Shown: piece after piece, positions 8,676-20,091 of the stretch | Numbering within the stretch: position 1 is the first letter of the stretch | How the letters are laid out: each line of letters begins with the position of its first letter | Assembly (NCBI GenBank): GCA_040222015.1 | Contig: JAVJWO010000119.1 | Coordinates: forward strand, 1-27,351 | DNA: 27,351 nucleotides | DNA from: Coleofasciculus chthonoplastes F2-STO-03 | Lineage (GTDB): Bacteria; Cyanobacteriota; Cyanobacteriia; Cyanobacteriales; Coleofasciculaceae | Direction: 5' to 3' | The notes under the pieces: generated by a model | Told to the model about the DNA's origin: nothing | Seen by the model: only the letters and a program-made list of their open reading frames with translations | The model's database searches: none | Position numbers and translations under genes: made by a program

Positions 8676-11600
8676 ATGTTTGTTGAATTTTTTATTAAAC
8701 GACCGGTTTTTACAACGGTTTGCTCCCTGATTATCTTACTCATCGGAGCAATTAGTATTCCCACGTTACCTGTTGCCCAATATCCCGATATTAGTCCCAA
8801 ACAAGTGAGTGTCCAAGCCAACTATAACGGTGCCGATGCTCAAACCGTGGAAAATGCGGTGACGACTATCTTGGAACGGGCAATTAACGGTGTTGATGGA
8901 ATGCGCTACATGACCTCCAGTAGTAGCAATGATGGCACCAGTTCGATTAATATCACCTTTGCCGCAGACAAAAATCAAGATATTGCAGCAGTTGATGTCC
9001 AAAATCGCGTCTCCTTAGCTGAACCCCAATTGCCAGAATCTGTACTCCAAACCGGGGTCACGGTAAATAAGGAATCTAATAACTTCTTGATGGGATTTGG
9101 TTTATATTCAGAAAATGGTGAGTACGATAATCTCTTTTTAAGTAACTACGCTGACCTATATTTGGTAGACGCCCTAAAACGAGTGAATGGGGTGGGGAAT
9201 GTACAAATTTTTGGTGAACGCACTTATGCGATGCGGCTTTGGCTTGACCCCCTGCGTCTAGCGAGTCGGAATCTGACGGCTCAAGATGTGGTGGATGCAC
9301 TGCGGGAACAGAATATCCAGGTGGGTGCAGGGCGTATCGGTCAACCCCCCGCGCCAGAGGGACAACAATATCAAATTGACTTACGGGCAATTAGTCGCTT
9401 GGAAACGGTTTCAGACTTTGAGGAACTGATTTTAGCCACGAATGAAGATGGCACCCTGATTAAACTTAACGATGTGGGACGTGTAGAATTGGGGGCGCAA
9501 AATTATGGCACATTCCTGCGATTTCGGGCAAATGAAGCCGTCGGGTTGGGGATTATTACCGTTCCGGGGAGTAACGCCCTGGAGGTTGCGGACGCGGTGA
9601 AAGCGGAAATGGCGAAACTGGCGGCGGAGTTCCCACCGGGGATGACTTATGATATCGGGTTTGATACCACCGATTATGTGAACCAGTCGCTCTCGGAAGT
9701 GGTGTTCACCTTGCTAAAAGCAGTGGGATTGGTGGTGTTGGTTATTTTTGTGTTTTTACAGGATTGGCGCACTACGATTATTCCGGCGATTACGATTCCG
9801 GTGTCTCTAATTGGCACGTTTGCCTTTGTCAAGATTTTTGATTTTTCGATTAACAGTTTGACCTTATTTGGTTTGACTCTAGCCACGGGGATGGTGGTGG
9901 ATGATGCGATTGTAGTAGTTGAAGATATCACCACGAAGATTCAACGGGGGGGGATAAAATCTCGGCAAGCAGCGATTATTTCCATGCGGGAATTGGTGGG
10001 AGCAATTATTGCCACGTCATTGGTGTTAATGGCGGTATTTATTCCGGTGGCATTTTTCCCAGGAACCACGGGGGCGTTATACCAACAATTTGCGTTAACT
10101 ATTGCGTTTTCAATTGCCGTTTCCACGTTTATGGCGCTGACGTTGACGCCAACCCTGTCTGGCTTAATTTTACGGCAAAAGCCAGAAGCGACAGGACTTT
10201 GGGGTCACTTTTTTGATGGATTTAATCGGTTTTTAGAGGGAATGCAGCAGCGATATCGGCGAGTTTTGATTATCCTGACTCGCGTGAAAACCCTCGTGAT
10301 TGTGGCGTTTATTGGCTTATTAGCACTAACCGTGTGGGTTTACGATCAGGTTCCAGGTGCGTTTCTACCCGATGAAGACCAAGGCTATTTTATTACGATT
10401 GTTCAAGGACCGGAGGGTTCGTCGCTCAACTACACCCATGATGTAATTGAGCAGATTGAAGATATTATTTTGCCCTTGGATGAAATCAGGGCTACGTTTG
10501 CCGTGGGTGGTTTTAGCTTTAGTGGGAATACGGCGAATAGTGGTGTCGTTTTTACCACACTCAAGCCTTGGTCAGAACGAACTGATCCGTCTCAGTCAGC
10601 AGAAGCAATTATTAATAAAGTCCGGGGTGCTTTGTTTGGGATTAAAGAAGCCAGAGTCTTGCCTTTTAACCCACCTTCCATTCGGGGATTAGGTAGTGTC
10701 AACGGCTTCCAATTTCAACTTCAAGACCGCCGAGGTAATTTTAGCTTAGAGACGCTAATTCAAAATATGGGGAAATTGCTGGGTGCGGCGAATCCAAATC
10801 CCAAGTTAGAGCAGGTAGTGAGTTTTTATCAAGCCAATACACCCCAGTTGCAGATTGAGGTGAACCGTAACCGGGCGAAGGCGTTGGAGGTGGATATTGA
10901 TGATATCTTTGATACGTTGCAGACATATTTGGGGTCGCGTTATGTGAATGACTTTACCCTGGAACGGCGCACCTATCGGGTTTATGTCCAAGCGGATGCC
11001 CAGTTCCGTTCAAATCCAGAGGATATTAATCAATTGTATGTGCGTTCCGAACGGGATGAGATGATTCCTTTGGGGAATTTAGTCACGGTGACGCAAACGA
11101 CGGGGGCGCAAACTATTAATCACTATAACTTGTTCCGCTCGATTGAAATTAATGGGTCAGCCGCGCCGGGAGTCAGTTCGGGAGACGCAATTCAAGCCAT
11201 GGAACAAGTCGCCGCCGAGGTGTTACCGTCTGGATTAGGCTATGAATGGTCTGGTTTATCGCTGGAGGAAATCCAGTCTGGGGGTCAAGCGACGATTATT
11301 TTTGGCTTTGGCTTGGTGTTTGTTTTCTTAGTGTTGGCGGCTCAATATGAAAGTTACATCGACCCGATTATTATTCTATTGGCGGTTCCTCTGGCTATCT
11401 TAGGAGCGCTAATGGCGCAATCGTTGCGGGGTTTACCTAATGATGTCTATTGTCAGATTGGCTTGGTGATGCTGATTGGTTTAGCTAGTAAGAACTCGAT
11501 TCTGATTGTGGAATTTGCCAATCAGCTACGCGAGCAAGGAATGACGTTAAGGAAAGCGGCGATTGAGGCGGCGCAGCAGCGTTTGCGACCGATTTTGATG

Positions 11601-11855
11601 ACGGCGATTTCTACATTGTTCGGGATTTTTCCCCTGGTGATTGCTACGGGTGCGGGATCAGGAAGCCGTCAAGCCCTGGGAACGGCGGTGTTCGGGGGAA
11701 TGTTTGTCGCCACGTTCCTGAGTCTGTTTGTGGTTCCTATTCTCTATATTGTGATCAAATCGGGGAGCGATCGCTTGTTTAATTCCCCTGGCAAAAACCA
11801 GAAGACACCGGAGTCACAAGAGCTTGAGCCGAAACCTGAAGTAACAATGCGGTAA
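8676..11855 (+). CDS. RND efflux permease (HAE1, AcrB/MexB-like)
   Basis: FFIKRPVF, LPVAQYPDI, GMVVDDAIVVVE, GLASKNSILIVEFA, RLRPILMT; 1059 aa. Confidence 0.97.
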   Translation: MFVEFFIKRPVFTTVCSLIILLIGAISIPTLPVAQYPDISPKQVSVQANYNGADAQTVENAVTTILERAINGVDGMRYMTSSSSNDGTSSINITFAADKNQDIAAVDVQNRVSLAEPQLPESVLQTGVTVNKESNNFLMGFGLYSENGEYDNLFLSNYADLYLVDALKRVNGVGNVQIFGERTYAMRLWLDPLRLASRNLTAQDVVDALREQNIQVGAGRIGQPPAPEGQQYQIDLRAISRLETVSDFEELILATNEDGTLIKLNDVGRVELGAQNYGTFLRFRANEAVGLGIITVPGSNALEVADAVKAEMAKLAAEFPPGMTYDIGFDTTDYVNQSLSEVVFTLLKAVGLVVLVIFVFLQDWRTTIIPAITIPVSLIGTFAFVKIFDFSINSLTLFGLTLATGMVVDDAIVVVEDITTKIQRGGIKSRQAAIISMRELVGAIIATSLVLMAVFIPVAFFPGTTGALYQQFALTIAFSIAVSTFMALTLTPTLSGLILRQKPEATGLWGHFFDGFNRFLEGMQQRYRRVLIILTRVKTLVIVAFIGLLALTVWVYDQVPGAFLPDEDQGYFITIVQGPEGSSLNYTHDVIEQIEDIILPLDEIRATFAVGGFSFSGNTANSGVVFTTLKPWSERTDPSQSAEAIINKVRGALFGIKEARVLPFNPPSIRGLGSVNGFQFQLQDRRGNFSLETLIQNMGKLLGAANPNPKLEQVVSFYQANTPQLQIEVNRNRAKALEVDIDDIFDTLQTYLGSRYVNDFTLERRTYRVYVQADAQFRSNPEDINQLYVRSERDEMIPLGNLVTVTQTTGAQTINHYNLFRSIEINGSAAPGVSSGDAIQAMEQVAAEVLPSGLGYEWSGLSLEEIQSGGQATIIFGFGLVFVFLVLAAQYESYIDPIIILLAVPLAILGALMAQSLRGLPNDVYCQIGLVMLIGLASKNSILIVEFANQLREQGMTLRKAAIEAAQQRLRPILMTAISTLFGIFPLVIATGAGSGSRQALGTAVFGGMFVATFLSLFVVPILYIVIKSGSDRLFNSPGKNQKTPESQELEPKPEVTMR

Positions 11856-12036
11856 TATTCATTAAAGGAATGCCGCAGAATTCATCAAAAACTATGAACA
11901 AAAACTATCCAATGTTAACAAAGCCATAATTTTGTTGCAAAAATTGACTTGAGAACCCCAGTTTCCCTAATCTTTGATAAACGTAAAAGTAGAATACCTC
12001 AGATCACTACAGTTTTTTCAGTTTAGGTTAGGGAAA

Positions 12037-12234
12037 ATGAATAGTAAGCGAATTATTTTTTCCAGCGTTATCACTGGTATTGCGGGTGTGATTTTAGGCA
12101 TTGGAGTAGCTGAAATTAATCATGCCGATCAGCGACCCAATGCCATGTATCAGTATGCCACAATTGGCGGGGTGATGGGATTAGCCGTTGGTGCAGGTCA
12201 ACAGGCGTTGCGAGAATTAGAGCAGTGTCAGTAG
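12037..12234 (+). CDS. Small two-TM hypothetical membrane protein (65 aa)
   Basis: ATG after GGGAAA; two Gly-rich hydrophobic segments (GIAGVILGIGVA, GGVMGLAVGAG). Confidence 0.65.
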   Translation: MNSKRIIFSSVITGIAGVILGIGVAEINHADQRPNAMYQYATIGGVMGLAVGAGQQALRELEQCQ

Positions 12235-12355
12235 TGCGACCATCTTGGTTGCTACCCATACTTTAAAATAGAACACCAATTTAATATGTTGCCTGTTGCC
12301 TGTTGCCTGTTGCCTCTCCCCACCACAAAACTTATTCAGCAGACCCTAATTATTA

Positions 12356-12387
12356 ACCCACGCCACATCAAAGAGTATGGCATGGGT
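12356..12387. terminator. Stem-loop between convergent small ORF and prk
   Basis: ACCCACGCCA ... TGGCATGGGT inverted repeat. Confidence 0.45.
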
Positions 12388-12481
12388 AATATACAACCAA
12401 CACTATCCCGTCCCAGTTGAAAACTGGAGATTCTCTTAGGGAAAAACTACAGGTTTCAACGTAGACGCGGTTTCCATGACT

Positions 12482-13483
12482 TTACACATTCGCGGGCACT
12501 TGCGCCTTAGATGTTAACCGTTCGTAAGTGGATCGCATCTTCAGCCCCACCAGAATCTGGAACAACCCAGAACCATTGTTAGAACCTGGATAGTCCTTGT
12601 GCTTGAGCAACAGTTCGGTCATCTCACCATAGTATTTCGTGGAGGTGTTGCTGAGGTGACTTTCGATGTAGATCATCTCCTCTAGATTGTCAAATTGACC
12701 ATCTACTTCCAACACAGATACATCATGACCGAAGTAGCTATCCGGACCATAGTATAGTTTGATCCCAGGATAAGCACAGGTCAACTTACGACCACAAGGT
12801 CTCCAGTCAATGGTAGACCCTTCATCAAACAGATAAACTGGCTCAAAGCCTTCTACACCATCTTTTTGAATCAAGCGCACCCGCAGGATCTTGCTTTCCT
12901 TATCATCTTTGAGAAGCTGAGTCGGTAATATCTGAATTACGACATCAGCAAACTCTTTTTGGGGTTCGATGTAAGCACTGAAGTCAGGGCGTCTAGCGTT
13001 AATCGACGCCAGAATATCTTCATAGGTATGCCCCCGTTCTGCCATGTCCCGCTGGATTTTCCAGTTAATCTTGACCTCATCACTGATATCAAGATAAACA
13101 CCGAAATCAACCAGCGATCGCACCCGCTCATCATACAGGGGGTGCAATCCTTCGATCACCACGACTTTATTGGGTTCTACCCGTTCCGGCGGATCAAGTT
13201 CACCCGTCTCGTGGTTATAAATTGGCTTATCAATCGCCTGACCATTTTTGAGCGCTTTGATTTGCTCATACATCAGGTCAAAATTATTAGCCTTGGGGTT
13301 AAGTGCTGTCACCCCTGCCGCTTTACGTCCTTTGCGGTCTAAGCTGTGATAGTCATCTAAGCAGATGACCGTCATAAACTGTTCACCAAATAGGTCTGCC
13401 AAGCGACGCAGAAATGTGGACTTCCCGCATCCAGAGTCTCCAGCGACGGCTATTAATACCACGCGGTCTAGCTGAGTGGTCAT
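12482..13483 (-). CDS. prk: Phosphoribulokinase
   Basis: VAGDSGCGKSTF Walker A with the regulatory Cys, VICLDDYHSLDR, KIQRDMAERGH, YPGSNNGSGLFQ. Confidence 0.98.
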   Translation of the reverse strand: MTTQLDRVVLIAVAGDSGCGKSTFLRRLADLFGEQFMTVICLDDYHSLDRKGRKAAGVTALNPKANNFDLMYEQIKALKNGQAIDKPIYNHETGELDPPERVEPNKVVVIEGLHPLYDERVRSLVDFGVYLDISDEVKINWKIQRDMAERGHTYEDILASINARRPDFSAYIEPQKEFADVVIQILPTQLLKDDKESKILRVRLIQKDGVEGFEPVYLFDEGSTIDWRPCGRKLTCAYPGIKLYYGPDSYFGHDVSVLEVDGQFDNLEEMIYIESHLSNTSTKYYGEMTELLLKHKDYPGSNNGSGLFQILVGLKMRSTYERLTSKAQVPANV

Positions 13484-13800
13484 AGTTTCCCTCTAACGCA
13501 AAAAATAGTTTCAAATAGAGTTTCCAGCAATCCAAGTCCCAAGTCTAGGGTCAACCCATCTGTTGCTCGCGTGCCTTTAACCCGTCACATATTTGCGAAA
13601 GGTACGAGTCTTCCCCAGAGGATAAGACTCAAGCCAGACACGGCGTAAGTATTTAATACTAGCGGCTGTTTGTGGATTCTACCAAAATGAGATTATGTCT
13701 ACAAGTCTTAACGTTTCTCCTCAATTCCTTAACATAATCCTAAAGTGAGTTGTGCAAATTGGATCAAAAATTTTCAAATTGACTCGATTTTAACTATTGG

Positions 13801-13815
13801 TCGGTCAATGACCGA
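13801..13815. promoter_or_regulatory. Perfect 7-1-7 palindrome TCGGTCA-A-TGACCGA, candidate operator in the divergent prk/petH region
   Basis: Dyad symmetry seen directly; function inferred. Confidence 0.3.
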
Positions 13816-14274
13816 GTTCTCCATCGGCATCACCTGCCGGGAATTGCCTCCTAACAGATGCCCACAGGAGTCAGAAGAGTTGGAACTTTGCCAACTCAAT
13901 CAATTAGACGTATTCTAGAGTATACATTGAACCTACTTCATTCCCCACCCAGTTTAGCCGAGTTAACGACTGTACACACTCCGCTTTGTCGTGAGCGTGT
14001 GGGCTGAAAGCCAAGTCTGTTGCCCAAACAGCGATTGGATGCAATGCCACTCGGATTGGCATGACTGGGGATTCATCCCACACTGCATAAAAATTACCAG
14101 GTGGGAAATCTATTGCCGGATTAGCTAACGGGGGAATAAGGGGAGTCCACAGCCAGGTATCAAGGTCAACGACCTGCCATCAACTCTACGGGATGAAGCG
14201 ACTGAAACCCTGATTGGGAGGTTGCTTCATTCGTCACGAATTGATGAAATGTTGTACTGAGCAATATATCGTAA

Positions 14275-15483
<1,209 letters not shown>

Positions 15484-15535
15484 TACGGCTCCCTTAATCG
15501 CTAAACGTCAAACGTTTTTTGTCTAGCTTAGATTA

Positions 15536-15579
15536 GCGCGTCTGCACGTTGAGGATTGAATCCTCCCGTGTAGGCGCGT
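15536..15579 (+). terminator. Long stem-loop downstream of petH
   Basis: GCGCGTCTGCACG..GAGGATT-G-AATCCTC..CGTGTAGGCGCGT pairing. Confidence 0.55.
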
Positions 15580-15615
15580 TCTTGGTTAGGGTGTCGTGAT
15601 GTAGGGTGTCGTGAT

Positions 15616-15714
15616 GGGGAAGCTGGGGAAGATGGGGAAGATGGGGAAGATGAGGGAGATGGGGAAGATGAGGGAGATGAGGGAGATGAGGGAGATGAGG
15701 GAGATGGGGAAGAT
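15616..15714. repeat. Nonamer tandem repeat (GGGGAAGAT/GAGGGAGAT)x11
   Basis: Direct reading. Confidence 0.9.
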
Positions 15715-15718
15715 GTGT

Positions 15719-15784
15719 GTAGGGGCGGGTTTAGGGACTAATATTGATGGTTTTCCTTAGCTTGGCTGCAAAACCCGCCCTGAC
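15719..15784. repeat. REP-like element, GTAGGGGCGGGTTT family, copy 3
   Basis: Inverted ends GGGCGGGTTT / AAACCCGCCC. Confidence 0.8.
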
Positions 15785-15785
15785 C

Positions 15786-15827
15786 AAATGACGAATGACG
15801 AATGACAAATGACAAATGACGAATGAC
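15786..15827. repeat. Heptamer tandem repeat ([A/G]AATGAC)x6
   Basis: Reverse complement of the GTCATTT unit at 8521. Confidence 0.85.
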
Positions 15828-15989
15828 TATAAGACAGTTGCCCAAATCATGAGAATTACGTTAAATTTGATTAAGCAGAAGTAAAGTTTCCTATTCAAAC
15901 CACCGTTTAAGCTGGACTTTGTGCTAAACAAGAGGCTCTTTAAGAGCAACAGCCAAAGCAGAAAACAAATATCTAGAGGCTCATAAGCA

Positions 15990-17873
15990 ATGAAATTTTC
16001 CTGGAGAATTCTCCTACTTTGGACAATACCCGCTCTTGTCATTGGGTTTTTCCTATGGCAGGGAGCGTTTTCTCCGGCTGTTGGTGATTTAAGTCAAAAC
16101 ACCGCCAGCACCCGGATGAATTATGGTCGCTTTTTAGACTACATTGAGAAAGGGAGAGTCACGAGTGTTGACCTCTATGATGGGGGTCAAACAGCAATTG
16201 TAGAGGCGACTGACCCGGATCTGAATAAAACGAATCGCTGGCGCGTCGATTTGCCGGCTAATTCTCCTGAGCTAATCACGAAGCTGAGAGAGGCTGATAT
16301 TGATTTAGATACCCATCCCGCCCGTCAAGATGGGGCGATTTGGGGAATCTTAGGGAATTTAATTTTTCCGATTTTATTAATTGGTGGGTTATTTTTCCTC
16401 TTCCGTCGTTCGAGTAATATGGGCGGCGGTCCGGGTCAAGCGATGAACTTTGGTAAGTCTCGCGCCCGGTTCCAGATGGAAGCGAAAACGGGAATTCTTT
16501 TCGATGATGTGGCGGGAATTCAGGAAGCCAAGGAAGAATTGCAGGAAGTGGTTACGTTCCTGAAGCAGCCGGAACGGTTTACAGCCGTTGGCGCACGGAT
16601 TCCCAAAGGGGTGCTGTTAGTTGGACCTCCGGGAACCGGTAAAACATTATTGGCGAAAGCGATCGCGGGTGAAGCTGGGGTTCCGTTCTTTAGTATCTCC
16701 GGTAGTGAATTTGTGGAAATGTTTGTCGGTGTGGGCGCCTCCCGTGTCCGTGACTTGTTCAAGAAAGCCAAGGAAAATGCGCCTTGTCTAATCTTTATCG
16801 ATGAAATTGACGCCGTAGGACGACAACGGGGTGCGGGTATCGGCGGCGGTAACGATGAACGGGAGCAAACGTTGAACCAGTTGCTGACGGAGATGGATGG
16901 GTTTGAAGGCAATACTGGGATTATCATTATTGCTGCCACCAACCGTCCTGATGTGTTAGACTCTGCCCTATTGCGTCCCGGACGATTTGACCGTCAGGTG
17001 ATTGTCGATGCGCCGGATCTGAAAGGACGGATTGGTATTCTGGAAGTCCATGCGCGGAATAAGAAACTGGCATCGGAAATTTCCATTGAAGCGATCGCAC
17101 GACGCACGCCTGGGTTTACGGGGGCAGATTTAGCCAACTTGTTGAATGAAGCGGCAATTCTGACCGCCCGTCGTCGTAAGGAAGCGATTACCATGCTGGA
17201 AATCAACGACGCTGTTGACCGGGTGGTAGCGGGTATGGAAGGCACACCGTTGGTGGATAGCAAGAGTAAGCGGTTAATTGCCTATCATGAAGTCGGTCAT
17301 GCGATCGTGGGGACGGTGCTCAAGGATCATGATCAGGTTCAGAAAGTGACCTTAATTCCTCGGGGTCAAGCTCAAGGGTTGACCTGGTTTACGCCGAGTG
17401 AAGAGCAAGGCTTAATTACGCGGGCGCAGCTTAAAGCCCGGATTACTGGGGCGTTAGGCGGTCGTGCCGCAGAAGAAGAGATTTTTGGTCATTCTGAAGT
17501 TACCACAGGTGCCGGTGGTGATTTACAGCAGGTGACGGGAATGGCGCGACAAATGGTGACTCGTTTCGGCATGTCCGATTTAGGTCCGTTGTCTCTAGAA
17601 AGTCAACAGGGAGAAGTATTCCTCGGTGGCGGCTTGACGAATCGGGCAGAGTATTCCGAAGAAGTCGCGTCTCGCATTGATGAACAAGTGCGCCGGATTG
17701 TGGAACATTGTCACGACGATGCTAAGCGGATTATGCGGGAAAATCGCGTCGTGATTGACCGTTTGGTGGATCTGTTAATTGAGAGGGAAACCATTGACGG
17801 CGAGGAGTTTCGTCAGATTGTGGCGGAATATACTCATGTACCAGAGAAGGAGCAGTACGTTCCTGTACTGTAA
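15990..17873 (+). CDS. ftsH2: ATP-dependent zinc metalloprotease FtsH, FtsH2-type
   Basis: MKFSWR N-terminus, two TMs, [21 protein letters not shown] ([10 protein letters not shown]), HEVGH zinc motif, 627 aa. Confidence 0.93.
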   Translation: MKFSWRILLLWTIPALVIGFFLWQGAFSPAVGDLSQNTASTRMNYGRFLDYIEKGRVTSVDLYDGGQTAIVEATDPDLNKTNRWRVDLPANSPELITKLREADIDLDTHPARQDGAIWGILGNLIFPILLIGGLFFLFRRSSNMGGGPGQAMNFGKSRARFQMEAKTGILFDDVAGIQEAKEELQEVVTFLKQPERFTAVGARIPKGVLLVGPPGTGKTLLAKAIAGEAGVPFFSISGSEFVEMFVGVGASRVRDLFKKAKENAPCLIFIDEIDAVGRQRGAGIGGGNDEREQTLNQLLTEMDGFEGNTGIIIIAATNRPDVLDSALLRPGRFDRQVIVDAPDLKGRIGILEVHARNKKLASEISIEAIARRTPGFTGADLANLLNEAAILTARRRKEAITMLEINDAVDRVVAGMEGTPLVDSKSKRLIAYHEVGHAIVGTVLKDHDQVQKVTLIPRGQAQGLTWFTPSEEQGLITRAQLKARITGALGGRAAEEEIFGHSEVTTGAGGDLQQVTGMARQMVTRFGMSDLGPLSLESQQGEVFLGGGLTNRAEYSEEVASRIDEQVRRIVEHCHDDAKRIMRENRVVIDRLVDLLIERETIDGEEFRQIVAEYTHVPEKEQYVPVL

Positions 17874-17899
17874 TTTCGGACAGTTTAATTGAGTTATTG

Positions 17900-17931
17900 T
17901 AGGGATGGTGAAAATCATCCCTATTTTTTTT
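17900..17931 (+). terminator. Rho-independent terminator of ftsH
   Basis: TAGGGATGGT-GAAA-ATCATCCCTA followed by T8. Confidence 0.85.
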
Positions 17932-18016
17932 GAAGCCAAGCTGCACTAGAGAATTAGTGATTTGTATTCTTGATTAAGATAGAATCACGCTCATTTCAAC
18001 CCATGAGGCTGTTACA

Positions 18017-18721
18017 ATGAGGTCTTCATTACCCAAATCCAAGTTGCCACCGTTGGAGAATGGCGATCGCTTGACTCGTCCTGAATTCGAGCGCCGTTAC
18101 CACTCCATGCCAGAAATTAAAAAAGCCGAATTGATTGAAGGAGTGGTGTACATGGCTTCGCCGTTACGCTTTACACCCCACGCTGAACCTCATGGACGTT
18201 TAATCACTTGGCTGGGAGTTTATCAAGCGGCTACACCCCAAGTGCAAATGGGTATTGAGCCTACCGTTCGCTTGGATATCGACAACGAACCCCAACCTGA
18301 TGGTGTTTTATTCATTAGCGAACAAAGCGGTGGACAAGCGACTATCAGTGAAGAGGGATATTTAGAAGGCGCACCAGAATTAGTGGTTGAAATTGCCGCG
18401 AGTAGTGCAGCGATTGATTTAGGGGATAAAAAACGTGCCTATCGGCGCAGTGGTGTACAAGAATACATTGTTTTGCAGGTATTTGACCAAAGAATTGATT
18501 GGTTTAGTTTACAGGATGGCGATTATGTTCCTTTGATACCGGATGAACAGAAAAGGATTTGTTCTCTGGTGTTTCCGAGTTTGTGGTTAGATGTTCCTGC
18601 CATTTTGCAAGGAAATATGCAGCAAGTGTTAACTGTCTTACAAACAGGAATTAATTCGGCGGAGCATCAAGCGTTTGTCCAACAGTTAATCGAATACCAG
18701 CATGGAGAAGGCTGCTCATGA
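18017..18721 (+). CDS. Uma2 (DUF820) family putative endonuclease
   Basis: LENGDRLTRPEFERRY, KAELIEGVVYM, EPQPDGVL, GAPELVVEIAASS, YRRSGVQEYIV. Confidence 0.93.
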   Translation: MRSSLPKSKLPPLENGDRLTRPEFERRYHSMPEIKKAELIEGVVYMASPLRFTPHAEPHGRLITWLGVYQAATPQVQMGIEPTVRLDIDNEPQPDGVLFISEQSGGQATISEEGYLEGAPELVVEIAASSAAIDLGDKKRAYRRSGVQEYIVLQVFDQRIDWFSLQDGDYVPLIPDEQKRICSLVFPSLWLDVPAILQGNMQQVLTVLQTGINSAEHQAFVQQLIEYQHGEGCS

Positions 18722-18729
18722 TTAATGTG

Positions 18730-19609
18730 ATCGTGTGGGGGATTTGGTTGAGCAAATTTTTCAGGGTGTCGAGGCGGGTTTGGGGGTTGGTGGTGAGGTT
18801 GGGTAAGGTTTGGATTTGTTGTTCTAAGTCGCTGTAGAGGTGTCGCGCTTCGGGGTAGCGTTGGCGGGATTGGTGATAGATGTAGCGCAGTTTGTGATAA
18901 GAACAAAGGAGTTGGAGGAGTTCATCGTAGGCTTTTCCCAGGAGTTCAATGGTGGGAGATTGGCTGGTGTTGAACGAGATGAGGATATGACATTGGCTGG
19001 CGGGGTTATCGGGTTGGCTGGGTTGGGTGGCGAGGTAGTCGAACAGGTGACTCCCGAAGAGGCTGTCTTGATCCTGGAGGCTGGGGTTGAGGGGAGTGTT
19101 GGCGAGGAGGGCGGTGGCGCATTTTTCAGCAAGGCTGGCGCAGTCGGTTTGGGCGTCTACTTCCGCATATAACCACAGGGTTTGTCCGAGGGAGGCTTGG
19201 ATGCGGTGGGGGAGGAGGGATTGGGGAGGAAGTGTTGGAGTTGGGGGATAGTGATGTCGAGGTGGGGAGAATCGGGGGAGAGGGTGAGATCAATAGCGTA
19301 GGTGTCATTGAGGCGAAAGGGTTGCAGATTGGCGGTGATTTTGAAGCCATCGGCGGTGGAGATAGCGCCTAAGTCGATATCTTGGGCGTGGGTAAGCCAG
19401 TAGCTTTGTTTTCCGGGTTCGTTTTGGGGGGTGTATTCGGTGTTGGTGTAGCAGATCAGGTGAGATTTCAGGGTATTCAGTCCAGGGAAATGTCCCAGAT
19501 TAGTCAGATTATCCCATAACTTAGCCGCATCATCCGCCACGCGATCGGGGGCGTCGGTGAGGGTTTGACGCAGGTGGAAGGCGTAGAGGGTGAGGCTGAG
19601 GTTTTTCAT
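18730..19609 (-). pseudogene. CHAT-operon-associated protein, frameshifted at ~19222 and apparently 3'-truncated
   Basis: 129 codons (MKNLSLTLYAFHLR...QHFLP); with one missing base restored, a stop-free frame 19220-18651 follows (SLLPHRIQASLGQTLWLYAEV...LLCSYHKLRYIYHQSR...). Confidence 0.7.
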
Positions 19610-19699
19610 TTATTGGTTATGGGTCTTATGTCCTTTGTCATTAGTCATTTGTTGATGGAAATTGCCGACATTTTCATGAGCCTATAATACAGAATATCT

Positions 19700-19725
19700 G
19701 TAGGGGTACGGCACTGCCGTACCCT
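19700..19725. repeat. Short REP-like palindrome GTAGGGGTACGGCACTGCCGTACCCT
   Basis: GTAG followed by a hairpin. Confidence 0.7.
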
Positions 19726-19750
19726 GTTTAGCAGGTTTAATTGGAGATAT

Positions 19751-20064
19751 CCCCCCTCACCCCCAGCCCCTCTCCCACGCCGGGGAGAGGGGAGCAAGAG
19801 AAAAGCGGTATTTTAGAGGTAATTTTAGCTGCATCTTTACGTGATAGTTCCCCTTTCTTCCTTGGTGGGGAGAGAGGAATAAGGAAACTAACCGTCTTTT
19901 CACTGTAATTTTAGCTGCATCTTTATGTGATAATCCCCCTTTCTTCCTTGGTGGGGAGAGAGGAATAAGGAAACTAACTGTCTTTTCACGGTAATTTTAG
20001 CTGCATCTTTACTGGATAATTCCCCTTCTCCCCTGGTGGGAGAAGGGGTTAGGGGATGAGGGGG
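19751..20064. repeat. CCCCCTCACCCCCAGCCCCTCTCCC-type dispersed repeat enclosing an 86-bp tandem repeat (~2.5 copies)
   Basis: GTAATTTTAGCTGCATCTTTA recurs at 19819, 19905 and 19991; complementary C-rich and G-rich ends. Confidence 0.8.
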
Positions 20065-20091
20065 ATTCAGTTCTATAGTCAACGGAAATAA

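Noticed and set aside
13645..13925. NtcA boxes upstream of petH
   Set aside because: Candidates are GTA-N9-TAC (13645) and GTA-N8-TAT (13910); neither matches GTA-N8-TAC.
18667..19350. Pro/Ser/Thr-rich ORFs (18667-18906, 18824-19132, 19126-19350) and plus-strand 18840-19172
   Set aside because: Off-frame or antisense readings of the frameshifted gene; the protein-like frame is 19220-18651.
19819..20040. CRISPR-like repeat/spacer pattern (86-bp period)
   Set aside because: The whole unit is duplicated, so there are no unique spacers.
19900..20082. Small ORFs over repeat elements (19900-20082; also 3161-3373, 8406-8675, 26219-26437)
   Set aside because: They translate REP-like, heptamer or palindromic repeat DNA and show no protein features.
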